A DNA stretch of 64,000 nt from NCBI GenBank assembly GCA_951406725.2, contig OX597831.1, positions 9,052,001 to 9,116,000 of the forward strand. Reading direction: 5' to 3'. The notes below the pieces were generated by a model. The model was not told where the DNA came from and searched no databases. It saw only the letters and a list, made by a program, of their open reading frames with translations. Position numbers and translations under genes: made by a program. Source of the stretch: Octopus vulgaris (lineage: Eukaryota). Below are positions 12,869 through 26,621 of this stretch, piece after piece (the first letter of the stretch is position 1; each line of letters begins with the position of its first letter).

Positions 12869-14325
12869 TATACTTATATGAATTTATATATACATATATC
12901 AATACATATATATATATACACACGCACACATATATATAGAGAGATAGATATATATTTTGATACATTCATATATATGTATTATTAATATGAAATGAGATAT
13001 ATTAAGATATTTAGGAGCGGTTGTTTAAGTGTTCGGTTAATTCTTTTGTTGCGTGAGCGCCAAGGATAGAGACAAATTGTTGTTGCTTTGTTAGTGTGGC
13101 AAATGGTAATAGAACAAGTGTCTATATCTTTAACTCTCAAAGGATCATCAAGTATTTGATATATGCATTGCCTTTTACATACTTTATATTTTTGATTCTC
13201 AAGGGAGATCAAGAACCCTAAATGGCAATGAATATATCAAACGCTTCTGTGAATTCTCTTCAGGATTATTTATTTCTGACAAACAATATCACCATTTTCC
13301 CCTTCATTTCGGATATTTATGAATATCTTTTCTATCTCTGCAAGAACTGGTTTTTTGTGTGTGTGTGTGGTTAATATTCAGCCGTTCGTTGCGAAATAAT
13401 CATTTCTTTAATATTACCGGAAGAAATTTTGATTACTTTTGAGTGAATGTATCAGTAAATAGATGAGTAATACTGTATTCGATTTTCTTAGCTGAAGCTT
13501 GACAAGTTCTTTTGATAAACCATTCCTCATTTTGCTTTAGTAGAGTTTTGGCAATGCTGTAAATAAAAACGTTCTAAAGTAGTTGTAGAAAGCCCGAGAA
13601 AGAAATCAGTGGCTGTCAGCTCCGTGTAATAGGGAAAAACTGAATTGTAACCAATTACCATTCAACATGCAAGAATTTGGAAAAACTTTCATTTCGCTGG
13701 CATAACAAATAATGCATGAACTCCGGGTCTTTGCAAACTGGGTTCCGTTGTTGGTTAACTTGACATCGTCACTGGATATTGCTTCTAATTTTGTTATTTA
13801 TTTTATATAGTAATTCTTTCATTTGATAACTAATGGCCTCTCCCTTTATATTTTAAAGTTAGGGTTACATTTCAAGAGCAAAACAATTTAATAGGATTGT
13901 GTAAGATAGTTGAAGCGTCCGTAAAATATGCGACAAAAGTGTGAATAGGCTCCAAACATTTCAAATAGGATAACACTTTTTTTTTTTTTTCAAATGTTTG
14001 GTGATTTGTTTTGGAAGTGCTTTTCTATTGTGGTGTGATTTCTAAAGGGTTGGTTTATAAATAAACACTGGTTTGCTAGTGACATTTCGATACCAAAACT
14101 TTGGTGTTTAAAGTGATAGAGTAGTAGCGGTGTTAATCGAAAATTTTTGTTTGTGAGATGGGCATGAAACACATTATACGAAACAAGTACATGCATACAT
14201 ACATACATATGTGTGTGTGTGTGTTTGTATGTGTATGTGTGTATATGTATATATATATATATATATGTACATATATGTATGTACATATATGTATGTACAT
14301 TTATATATACGTGTATAAGTACGAA

Positions 14326-14367
<42 letters not shown>

Positions 14368-14490
14368 CTCATGTGTGCAAAACCACACATATGTATATGA
14401 TTGTATATACATACATATATATATGTGTGTGTGTATATATATATATTTATGTAAGCATTTATATAGCTACATATGCAGACAAACGTAAGT

Positions 14491-14525
<35 letters not shown>

Positions 14526-15384
14526 ATATATGCCTATATTTATGTATGCATATATATACACACATATATATACATACATATATACACACATATATACATA
14601 CATATATATGTACATATATATGTGTGTGTGTGTGTTATATGTTGTGTGAAAGGAGTAATGTATCTAAATGTTGATAGTTTATTGGTAAATTTTGCTAAAA
14701 CGCTGTATACGTTTATCATGTCGCATGTCGCCAAAGCGCGATAAAATTAATATTATGTATCCACTGCATTACATTTTATGTGGTGCGTTAATAATGGAAG
14801 ATTGGTGTTAGTGTTGTTATACTGCATAAAGCAAACGTGAACTTTGGTAGCGAAGCATTTATAATGAAACGTAATATTTCCAAAGACAGGAGAAGAATGA
14901 AATGGCAGAGTTCCAATAGATGTAAAATGGAAATCTGAAGAATAGTTGGTATAAACACAACAGCGCTAAAATAGACAATTGATGCAGTTTATTCATAAAG
15001 GGAGGAAATGATAAAAGAAGATTTTTATAAGGTGACCAAAGGAGGGAATTGTTAAAAAACAAACTCTATTTCATTCGTTTGGTTTCAATCGTTGTATAGC
15101 TGTGATGCTGTGGCAAAGCTTTCCATTGTTTCGTACCTATCGAATTAATACTGCTATAACAGTAGGAAGCACTGAGATCGAACTCAGAGTGTATAGTTGT
15201 AAGGCATATATCACAATCACACTATGGTGTCTGCTTCCAGTTCAGTACTCTCAGACAGAATCAGTAAAGTACCATGTCAACCTGAAAGGTATCATGGTTT
15301 AAATTAATCCGGAAATGTTAAAGCTATTTTTTTAAACCAACGCTCGAAATACCCTAAATACTAATGAGAAAAGCAATTGTTTTA

Positions 15385-15578
15385 GGGAGATGTACTTGCA
15401 TAGCAAGTGACCTGATCTGAGATCGTGTGTGGAACGAAAACAATTGCAGCGTGGAATGTGTTTATAAATCATTTAAAAGCACACAAAAACCATTAGATTC
15501 ACTTCAACATTTAAATTTAATTTGCCAGAATATTTTCGTCGCTTTGGGACCGCGACCTGTTCACTGACAAAATTCCGT
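15385..15578 (-). mobile_element. Interspersed repeat carrying a G3-C8 minimal hammerhead
   Basis: Homologous to 63760-63900. Minus strand 15521-15571 reads UUUGUCA GUGAACA G GUCGC GGUCCCAAA GCGAC GAA AAUAUU C UGGCAAA. Confidence 0.7.
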
Positions 15579-16170
15579 AGGTTCTTTATATTTAAAGTTA
15601 AAATTAGAACTTATATAAGAAATGATCTCCGAACTAAACTGTGAAAAGAACAACTTCTTAAACGAGTAAATACTGTTATTAAATGAAAGTTTCCGGAGTT
15701 CTTGAAGATTTCTAACTTGTAACTAAAACCTCTGTACAATGTATTTTCTTGGAACCGTGACCAGAAAAAGGCTAACTAATTTTGAACCTGCTGCATTTTA
15801 AAGAATTTTTAGTGATTTTCTTGGCACAGCTTGTGAGCTGAAACTAGATAAAAAATTAAAAATTAAAATAAAATAAGTTGCTTAAATTGAATATTGGAAA
15901 ACATACATTACGTTTTTCATTTTCTTCATATAAATGCCACTAAATAAGTTACTTGACATTCGCTGGACTGTGTATATGAAGTGACAAAATATATTTGACT
16001 GCAGGCTTAGCTGCGTGGATATGAAGTTCGCTTCACAACTACCTGCTCACGAGTTCGAATCCTGCAGGGACTTAGCTTGGGAAATATGTCTTGGTGTTGC
16101 TTCTTGTCAATCAATATATTACGAGGGGAATTTGGTCGAGAAAAATATGTGGAATCTATGTGGAATCCTG

Positions 16171-16224
<54 letters not shown>

Positions 16225-17909
16225 TTGCACAGTACCGAGGGGTAAAATATAATTTGCAGAAACTGATAAATTGTAAATCGAAAGCTATACGTTTAAATTG
16301 ATACAGATTGGAGAAAATCAAAAGAGCTAATGAAATAATTGATGCTAAATTATGTTGAGAGACAGACTAAGATGTGAAGAGGTAAACCACGGCGAGATTT
16401 GCCCGTACAGTTACACCCTTTGCAATGTTGCTCTTGTTTGAGGTTCTTCCCTGAAGAGAGACTGTCTTCCTTATTTGCTCTCACAGGTAGACCATGGTGA
16501 GAGGGATCTTATCATAAATAATTTTTTATAAATTTTTGTTTTCGTGGTTTACTGCGTCCAAGACAGCATGCTGGTAGAAATGTTGGGCCGGAAAAAATTG
16601 CTTAATGTCATTTCTTCCGGCTTTACATTCATATTCCACCGAGATCAACTTTGCCTTGCTGTAAGGGTTGGAAAATGAGTACCTAAGTTGTAGATCCCCT
16701 CCCCATAAATTTTAGACCTCGTGCCAGTAGTAGAAAGGATTGTTTTAGACATCCACCGGCCACTTGGTTAGCAGAATCGTTAGATCTTAGCAAAGAATGC
16801 ATTGCTATATTTCTTCCGGCTCTGTACATTCTAAGTTCAAGTTCTGTCGGTTTCATTTTTGTTTTCGGAGTACGTAAAATAAAGAATGACTCAAAAATTG
16901 AGATTGATGGTAACGACTAACGTCTTACCGAAAGATTGCCGTCTTTCTGTTCAAATCAGAAACAATTATTAAAGAAATCATTGTGTCAGTGAGACAAAAT
17001 TATTGCCATTCTGAATAAATTTTACATTTCGTGGGGGGTTTTACATTATTGTAACTAACTGATCGACTTACCCCAGCCCAGCCCTAAATTAGAGCAACTT
17101 TCTTCTTCATAGCATACGTTGTTGCCCATTTCTATAAGTATGTATTGTCTTCCAGAAGGGATGTCGTTCTAACTAAATACAAACAATCATACCAACAATA
17201 GATAAGCAAGCACTTTTCAGGTTTGGTTATAAAACATATCAGAAGAAATAAAAGATATGAGAAAGATAGGGTGCTTTATTGTCTGTGTTGTCAATATTGG
17301 AATAATGGTTCTAAGAATACATCTGTCATTCAAATTTAGTGTAATTCTTCGGAATGGTCTGCAAAGTTGATGTTGTAAAATGCCCAACAAAGTTTAAATT
17401 CTATTTGCGTCATTGGAACTTTGCCATTCTTTCTTTCTAATTCTTTTGCTTCTGTGTTTGGAACTGGTAAAGTTTGGTTAAAGAACGGATACATATTTAT
17501 TTATCTATTTATTTAGTTGATTATTTGTTTGGAGACTCCAAGAGCACAGATGTTGACAATGGTAAATGTTCGACATTTGAAACTGAAAGGTGGAGAAAGA
17601 TATGAGGCACACACCGTACACATATGTATCTATATATTTATGAAGTTATGTACGTAAATATGTATGTATTCTTGTATGCATTATGTATGTATATACACGC
17701 ACGTATATGCTTATATAGGAATATATAAATATACACACAAACATATACATATGCATACACGTGAATCTATATATATATGCATATATAAATATGTGTGTGT
17801 ATGTGTGTGTAAAACATATATAGATGCATGTATATAAAATATATGTATGCATGTATTATGTGTATGTGGATATATATGTAAATGTATACACACACACACA
17901 CACACACAT

Positions 17910-17948
<39 letters not shown>

Positions 17949-18575
17949 AAAGAAAGGAAGAATGAAAAAACAGACGGATGATAGAAGACGGAGCAGATTT
18001 GAATCTAAAGGAATTTTGACAGGTTGAATAAGATAAAGTTTTAATAGAATTCAACCGATGCTGAAATAGGATTTTTTTTTTCTTTATGAAGATAGACTTG
18101 TTGATAAAACGAAAAAAAGATTTACATGTTATCTCTGTAAGGAAAGAAAGGAAGAAGGAGAGAGTAAATCTTTTTTTCGCACTAAAACCACAAAAGACGA
18201 TATCATTAAATCTTCCACTGAAGTTTGGTCTGAGAAATGGCAAAAGATAAAAACTAATATAGGCTATAATACTTCGTTTAGTTTTATTAGATTTCAGGGA
18301 AGCGGTTAGTAAGTGATGAGAATATTATTACAATCAAATGTTCCATTTTTGTTTTAGTTAAAGAAGCTTTATTTTGGTAAATAAGTACAAATGTCTTTGC
18401 ATGTTAGTAGTGGACGTCTTCGGTAAAAAAAAAATCATTTAGAAATGGTTGAGAAATCTGGTATTTTGGAGGAGAGACAAAATTATTTATGTCTCAATCG
18501 ATGAAGAGAAAACTTTCTTGGTAGACCATTCTTTCACAACGTATTCTATGAATATAAAACTACAGTACTATCTTG

Positions 18576-18833
18576 GGATCTTTTCGCTTTGACCGTCAGA
18601 TTTTTAAATAATTGTTGTTGACAAAGATCCGGAGATATTGTATTCACCTCAATAGACGTCATTGATTGGTTGAAATTGCCGAAATGCAAATAGCTTACAA
18701 ACTACAGAATTTTTTCGAGAAAGCCAAGAGAAAAAGATGTTTTATAAACACATTATACTAGTATAGGAAGTTTAAAACTGTTTAGTTACAAAGAAATTAT
18801 TTTAAAAATCTGCCGGTCAAAGCGAAAAGATCC
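18576..18833. mobile_element. MITE with about 30-bp TIRs and 8-bp TSD (Merlin-like termini)
   Basis: GGATCTTTTCGCTTTGACCGTCAGATTTTTAAA pairs with TTTAAAAATCTGCCGGTCAAAGCGAAAAGATCC. Flanked by CTATCTTG at 18568-18575 and 18834-18841. Confidence 0.85.
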
Positions 18834-20146
18834 CTATCTTGAAATATTAAGAATAATATATTTTTTCTGTTTTGGCACGTTTTTATTTGCCAGACTGAGG
18901 AAATTTAGCTTAATGCATTGGATTTTCTTAATCTGATGGATTAGCCGGGTCAGCGATGAGCAGATATATTCCTACGCGTACGTGAATCTGAGGTATATAG
19001 AAATGGCGGAGTTATTAACAGACATACATACCTTAAGGTAACTCTGGGGAAGAAATCATTGTGTCACTGTGTTACTTGGATAGAAAGGGCTCCTTAGCCG
19101 TAGTGAAGGCAATCTGTCTAGGGAGATAACCTTACAATAAATCACTCGGTCCGTAGCTTAGAAATACTGGGTTGACGTCCAGCGGGAACAGCTTTGTTTC
19201 ATGGAGGAGGAAAGATCTTCTTTAGTACTTGGTTGTACAATGCTTTCCAATGTGTGTAGTAGTGGCGTGCGCACACATTATTAGCCAGTTAAAAAGACTA
19301 TGAAAGTCTCGACCACGGTCGAACAATGATGATGATGATGATGTTACTTGGATAACACATTGTTTTAAAAATAAATAAATAATAAAGAAATAAAGAAATT
19401 TATTAATCCAATTTACATCGAATATTTTTTAGCGATTACAAACAATAAGAAAGATTACAAAAAAATTTTCAGAAATTGCATGGAAAGCTCTTTGGCAGCT
19501 TGGCTGATTTGGTCAAGTTGGTAGGAGGTAAAAAAAATAATAAATAAATAGGTCAATAATTATTTAAAAAAAAAAGAGAAATATCCTTTGCATTGCTAGC
19601 AAGTTGGTCAAAAACTTATATAAAAAGTAAATCTCTTTAAGTCTGGAAATATGAGATATTACAAATATTACATTTGTAATATTTGAATATTTGCAATATT
19701 TACTGAATCAAACTCATTTATAAACTTTACTCTATAGACCTACAGTACTTATAGGTCTATAGAATTAAGTTTATATATTAGTTTGGCTCAGCAGAAGGTG
19801 GGTATTTAATAATTTTTTGAAATTTGACAGCGAAAATAGCTTTTCAGCTTTCGTGGTAAAGTATTATTTCATATGTTAATACAGATATAAATGAAGTATT
19901 TTTTTTTAGAAATTGATAATCAGCAAAAGAGCGTTTCAAAATTCGAGTCAGCGATACTTCTTTTTTGGTGGTATATTCAAGCTCGAGGATGACCACAAAG
20001 AGGTCAACACCATACGGTCTGGTGGTTTGGTGTTTAGAAGATGGTTCACTCCCTTGCTTGCAATATATATTAGGTGCAGATTACATCGAATAACCATCTG
20101 GAGGAGGCTAAAAGTCTCCATGGCTTAAAAATAGCAGTAACATCGG

Positions 20147-20180
<34 letters not shown>

Positions 20181-20209
20181 CCCCAAATATATATATATAT
20201 ATATATATA

Positions 20210-20420
20210 ACGGGAAGCTTTATGAAAATAAACAAAAGACGAAGGCAGGTGAAGTACAAACAAACAATTGTATTAGTATGGCGCTCAGGAATATAAATCA
20301 AACAAGTCTTTTACGTTTCGAGCCTATGCTCTTCAACAGAAAGATACACAGAAAAGAAACACGGAGAGAAACAAGGAGAGAAAACAATGCGTGCAGAAGC
20401 TAGCGATTCAACATGGCGAT
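20210..20420 (-). mobile_element. Short Penelope-type repeat with minimal hammerhead (A6U core), copy 2
   Basis: Minus strand 20308-20343 reads CUUU CUGUUGA A GAGC AUAG GCUC GAAAC GUA AAAG. Flanked by (TA)n. Confidence 0.7.
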
Positions 20421-20981
20421 ATATATATACACACACAATATAAGTGAGTGTGTCTACTTATTCATATATATGTGTATATATTTATATACATATGCGATTA
20501 TCATTTATATGTAAATAAATAAATGTATTTATATATAAATATACATCTATCTTTCTGTCTATCATATATGTATATCGATGTGTGTACATGCAAAGGGAAG
20601 CAAGCATTGCTGTCATAATATAGGCAACATCAACTTGAATCATGTTGAAAACCGTTTTAAACGTGACGAAAGATGGAGAGATTCGTAATTTGATTGTTGA
20701 CTACATTCTTTTGCTATCAAGTTTTGTTTAAATCAATAATTCGTTCGAACAAAGTCTAAAGTGAATTTCTATAAGTCACACACATACACACAAACCAAGC
20801 CCCCCACATACACACGAACACACAATGCTAAACCGTAAATACTTGTCTCAGTTAAAGTGTACGACGTAACTTCAAACCACACACCTATACAATCGTACAT
20901 ATACCTACACACAAATGGATATATATATATATACACCTAAATTCAAATATATAAAACGGTAATTTTCTACTAGTATGTTGA

Positions 20982-21020
<39 letters not shown>

Positions 21021-21097
21021 GATAATATATATATAATTAAGAAAATAGAGATGTAGCATTTAATAAAAGTTTATTATCTGCAAAAATCCAGCATAAT

Positions 21098-21180
21098 CTA
21101 TTACAGCTGTTTCAATTAAGCCTAAAGATTAAAGTAGCAATTATTAAATCATTATATTAGGCAAAACCTCGTCAGAGGAG
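21098..21180 (-). ncRNA. Degenerate Penelope-type hammerhead motif
   Basis: CUGACGA, a long stem II (GCCUAA/UUAGGC) and GAAACAGCUGUA with palindromic stem III. Stem I pairs poorly. Confidence 0.5.
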
Positions 21181-21250
21181 TAGGAAAAAGATACACGGTT
21201 AGGTTATTAGCTGTTGTGTTTTAGAATCATCTCAGCAGACTCCGAGATTA

Positions 21251-21610
21251 TTCTAAAACACTGAGCAACGTCTAAACAGTTTCCTCCTAGCAGAAGATTC
21301 CAGACGCCTACACGACTGACCGATCCACGAAAAATGAGGTCCAGGTTCGTGAACCGACGCAGCATTCTCGTTCTACTGCATGAACGGAATCACCGTTTGG
21401 TGGGTTATGCAATCTTGAAAAGGTCCCCTGTATAGGGGACTAGCGTCTGGTAAGAAAACATGCAGGTAACACCGTCTATGTTTCAAAGACGTGAGCAAGA
21501 GAAGCATAAAGATTCTTTACATGAAAGTTAAAAGGTGAGAGGACGTTGCTGGTCATCGCTGACGGTGGACAAAGGAATTGACCAAAGGATGACATGATCT
21601 ACAGGAATGG
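21251..21610 (+). pseudogene. Decayed RTE (BovB-like) LINE, post-RT region
   Basis: Remnants EQRLNSF..., LYRGLASGK and RLCFKDVSKRSIK correspond to the RTE LNSFHLRCLR / LYGELASGKR / RLRFKDVCKRDMK motifs. Confidence 0.55.
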
Positions 21611-22478
21611 TTCGGATACAATGATGTAAAAGGGAAAAACTGAAACTTACACGTACGCGCGCACACGCACTGTCTTTCTTTTGCGTGTCCAGTGTCACGT
21701 GTGGAACTGAACCCTAAAAGCACGTGATTTAGGGTTTAGTTCTACTTTACCGCACCTTCATCAATTTCCTTCTACCACAACGCTGGGCCGGTCAATGCTT
21801 TGTAGATTAATTTGGTAATCGAAAACTGCGTGGAAACCCGTTGCATATATATATATATATGTGTGTGTGTGGGGGGGGGTATGTGTGTGTGTGTTTGCGT
21901 GTGAATGAGTTTGCGAACCATACACACCGCTTCAAAAGCGGTTGGCGAAGTCTTTTCAGACAGTGCTCCAGTATGGCCATAGTTCAATGACTACGACAAG
22001 TAAAAAAGGAAATGTAAAAGATATAGCAACACGTGTAGCAAACCTTACTTCAAACTAAATATTCCAATTTATTGCCAAAAAAACAAAAAAAAACAAAAGG
22101 AAAGAAACACAACAAATAAACAAATAAAGAAAGGAAGCGCAATGTTTATCATCGCCACGGAACCATAAATCAACAAGGAAACTGGCATGAATAAGATTAT
22201 CAATGTTCGTTTATTAGGTTTTTAAAAGAATGAAGTACAAGAGCAAATTGTAAAATACATAGAACATATCTTATGCTATAAATAATATTTAATAAATTTT
22301 CTTTCGCTACGGTATCTGTCTTAATAGCAAAATACAAGTCAAAACTCGAAACAAAAATATACGATCTGTTGTTTGTAGAAATAAACCAAGAAACCTCTAA
22401 CAAGTCGCTCAAATTGCAAGGTTGCCAGAAAATCGTTTTCAGATACTAAACTTTCTGAAATTAATGAAATATATAGAA

Positions 22479-22872
22479 CTAGCAGTATCGCCCGGCGTTG
22501 CTCGGGTTTGTAAGGGAAATAACTATACAGCATTTTTAGAGAGTTATAGCCAAAAAATAGCAAAAAAATGCATTAAAAATGGAAAAAATATGATGGTAAT
22601 TTTTTTTTTTAAATCGTTGACTCATAGTAGACATTTTTAGAGAGTTACTTCCCTTTAAAAAAATATGCATGAAAATGGAAAAAATGATGGTAAATTATTT
22701 AAAAAATCGTAGACTCATCGTAGACGCGCGCTAATAGCCAGAAGGGCTCGATATGAATCACGACTATAAGATACCCGGTTTTCGTTAAACTGCACCGCAA
22801 AATGTGGGAGTAGTTAGGAATCTAAATCGAAGGGGACAGACACTCACACAACTACAGTTTTATATATATAGA
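22479..22872 (-). mobile_element. Non-autonomous Helitron, copy 2
   Basis: Minus strand reads A|TCTATATATATAAAA...CCCGAGCAACGCCGGGCGATACTGCTAG|T. Near-identical to 175-569. Confidence 0.85.
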
Positions 22873-23089
22873 TAAACTAAATGCTAAATATACACATTAA
22901 CTAACAACGGTAATAAGTAATAAGCTAATAAGTACACATTTTGCAGTCCTGATTGAGGTGCATTTCCAACCGACAGAAATTTTCATTTCTGGTATAAGAT
23001 AATGAATGAATGCCAGAAACTAAGAGGGGTCCGTAACAGCTTCAGCAGCGATCCATATACAGAGACATTATTTCATAATATGCGACCGT

Positions 23090-23650
23090 AATCTTCTGCT
23101 AGAAGGAAAGTGTTTAGATGCTGCTCTTGTTTGAAGTAGACACTTCAAGTCTCACCGCCATAGTTCGCTGTCGAGACAAACTCTGTCGGCTGCAACCATT
23201 GCATGCGCGCGTAGTTTACTGTTTCCCAGACCTTCATCAAAAGCTTAGTTAATGATGAGTCTGCTCTCCCAATTTTTCAGTTGTTCTCAGATTCTAGTGA
23301 AAGCTTATCTGAGATGGTGGAGCCATGTAATATCTCCAGCTTGACACTAACAGTATTAGAGTGCTCAACACCTTGGTTCAGCGCTTTTATCTCCTTGAGA
23401 CTGATGGCCGAGTCTTGACAAGCTTTTGTGAAACTATCCAAGAGATGTTGCATCTGTTCTGATTGCGTTGTGATGATTACTTCGCGTTGTGATGATTACT
23501 TTGCGTTCTCAATCTAGACAAAGTAAACAGTTTCCTGTTTGATTTACTTTAAAGGTAGATGCCATTGATTATTATTCTAAAGGTGTGCTTCAGTAAAAAT
23601 GATGTGTACCATGTCTACCAGTGTACGTGGATGCTAGCCTTTCCGTGAGC
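23090..23650 (-). pseudogene. Decayed RTE (BovB-like) LINE, RT C-terminal region
   Basis: Remnants HGSTISDKLSLES...KIGRA and YGGET*SVYFKQEQHLNTF match RTE YLGSTIS...RIGKA and LYGSETW...LNSF. Confidence 0.55.
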
Positions 23651-23656
23651 GGACAG

Positions 23657-23997
23657 GATGCCGAATGTACTTTTGTCGAAGAACAAGAAGCCGAAGCCAA
23701 GAAGCCGAACGGACACAATGTCGAACGGACCTAAAGCCGAACGGACCTAAAGCCGAACGGACACAATTTAGAAAAAAAAAATCCTACCTACATAGTTTAA
23801 TGACTAATCACAAATTTGGTACTTGAGATTTACCGGGATTAAATTTTAATTTTCGTCTGTCTATTCGGCCTCTTGTCCGTTTGGCTTTATGTCCATTCGG
23901 CGTTATGTCCGTTTGCCTTTATGTCTTTTTGGCATTGTGTCCGTTCGGCTTTATGTCCGTTTGACTTGTTGTCCTTCGGCAAAGTGCATTGTGCATC
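23657..23997. mobile_element. Foldback-type MITE with inverted arrays of a 16-bp unit
   Basis: Left arm is (GCCGAACGGACCTAAA)n and right arm is (TGTCCGTTCGGCTTTA)n. Termini GATGCCGAATGTACTTT / AAAGTGCATTGTGCATC; no clear TSD. Confidence 0.8.
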
Positions 23998-24139
23998 ACG
24001 TCTGTGTACCAACCTATCACTTAGGATATCCCAGAAACAACCGTAAGACTTGAAATTCACCTTACCCTAATTAAATTATTCTAAATAACTTGAGATACTC
24101 GTCCTGTCTTGGTTTTCTCGTTCCTTTTCCTTCAAAATG

Positions 24140-24275
24140 AGTAGATGAACAGCCGACAACTGATGAAGGGTCGTTCTTTATGTTCCTTCTCCTGTTTTCC
24201 ATTTGTTTCTCTCGTTGTTCATGATTTCAACTCTTTTGTTTTCGTATTTCATGGTTTGGGATGTCCTCCACCCAT
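24140..24275. repeat. Microsatellite-adjacent interspersed repeat, copy 1
   Basis: ACAGCCGACAACTGATGAAGGGTCGTTCTTTATGTT... is homologous to 27185-27320. Confidence 0.7.
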
Positions 24276-24276
24276 A

Positions 24277-24545
<269 letters not shown>

Positions 24546-24810
24546 ACGAGAGATAGATAAATAGATAGGTAGGTAGATAGACTTATAGATAGATAGGTAA
24601 ATAGATCGATAGACAGATACGCACGCTTCGAAGCGTTTCTAATACAGTTATCGACTGTAGGTGACCGTGGGGTAGGGTGGGGTGAACGACATACTCTATC
24701 AGAAGATTTGAACACTACTACGAAAAACACTGGTGTTTGATACAGAGAGGAAATATATATATATATATATATATATATAACGGTTACTTTCATAGAATTT
24801 CTGTTTGTCT

Positions 24811-24873
24811 TAATAACTGACGAGATGCCGGAGCAGTTTTCCACCCCGACATCCTAAAATCGGACTTTTATTA
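24811..24873 (+). ncRNA. Mutated hammerhead-like motif
   Basis: UAAUAA CUGACGA GAUGCCGG...CCGACAUC, then CUAAA where GAAA is expected, and UUAUUA able to close stem I. Confidence 0.35.
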
Positions 24874-25278
24874 TGACAACCGATATTATATTATATTATA
24901 TTATATTATATTATATTATATTATGTTATACATATTATATTACAGATATGTTCCTCTAGTTACTTAATATCGAGGTCTCATTCATTCTTTTTTGTCATAC
25001 TATTGCTATTAATATATATCTGTATATATGTATATATATATATGTGTATATATATATATATAAATATGTATGTAGTAATAGTGATAGGGCAAACTTACTC
25101 AGGTTACATACACTTAAAGAATTAGTGCGGAGAAACCCGTACTTACACCCCTCTAATTCTCCTCTCGTTACCCTGCTGACTTGGTTGTCGGTAAAGACTT
25201 CGGGGTCTAAGTTCAAATCTTTTGGGCGCTACAAACTGTTTCTAGTATAGAGGTTCTCTCAATCTCATTTGTCAACTC

Positions 25279-25460
25279 CATACATACATACATACATGCA
25301 TACATACATGCATACATACATACATACATACATACATACATACATACATACATACATACATACATACATACATACATACATACCTACATACATACATACA
25401 TGCATACATACATGCATACATACATACCTGCATACATACGTACATACATACATACATATG
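25279..25460. repeat. (CATA)n microsatellite
   Basis: Directly visible. Confidence 0.95.
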
Positions 25461-26044
25461 TAAATATATATGTGTATGTGTATATATGTATGTATATACA
25501 CGTGTGTAGGTATGTCTGTGTATGGGTCTTCATTTATTTATGCATTTATATATTTAAGCGCGCGCACACACACACACATTATATTTGTATGTGTTGCCCC
25601 AGGTGAAGTGTGATGGTGCAGTGTTGTAACCGAAAAGTGTATGTATGTATATATACATGTGTATGTGTCCGTGTTTGAATAATTCTATGTGCGCTTGTTT
25701 TGTATGTCTTTTGTGAGTTTCATAGCTAGAACTAAATGGATAGAAATACAGTGACTTGACTACAAATTCTTTAGAGATAAACATATGTACAGAGGCCCAA
25801 AATATTCAATAATATAATACATAATAAAAGAAAATTTCAATATGAGATAATGAAGATGGCCTACTGTAGAAATATTAGCGTAGAATATCCTCATAGAATA
25901 TTCTATCCAAAAACCCGAACTAAATTGCAAGACTTGCAAAGACTGGCAGCAGAAAAGTATTTTTTTGAAATATGAAAAATCTAATGATAAAAATATGCAG
26001 TCAATGTGCTGACGAAAATAAATTCATTCGAAAATATACACAAC

Positions 26045-26120
<76 letters not shown>

Positions 26121-26125
26121 GTATG

Positions 26126-26170
<45 letters not shown>

Positions 26171-26621
26171 GTATGTATATGTGTGTGATTGTGTGTACAA
26201 AATATCAATATATTAATAAAATGGGAATTCGCCATGAAAATATATTTCATTTGTAGTTATTTATTCATCTTAATGGATAAACACAGTTACTGCTAGCCAC
26301 TCATATAACGCTGGGCACGTTTATGGGCATCAGCAACGGTTGAGGACAAGTTAGTAAATATGCAATAAACTCGTATGTAAATTTACCTTTACGTGGTATA
26401 GTCGGGCATTTAAATAAAATATTAGTTTGAAACTTTGGCGCAAAGCCAGCATGTATGGGCTTGTGAGGTGAGTCAATTAGATCGACTCTACTGCTCTAGC
26501 CACGTCGATCTCGGTAGAATTCAGAAGGCAAAGTCGGATGAAATGTCTCTGAAGTGTTTTGCCCGTGTGCTGACGATTCTTGCAGCTTCCCGAAAACTGC
26601 CATAAAAAAATATTATATATT

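Noticed and set aside
23690-23980. Short regular repeats resembling a CRISPR array
   Set aside because: The units are contiguous without unique spacers, arranged as inverted arms, in eukaryotic context with no cas genes.
24150-24180. CTGATGAAGG motif (also 27203 and 59381)
   Set aside because: No stem II-GAAA-stem III follows, so it was not called a hammerhead.
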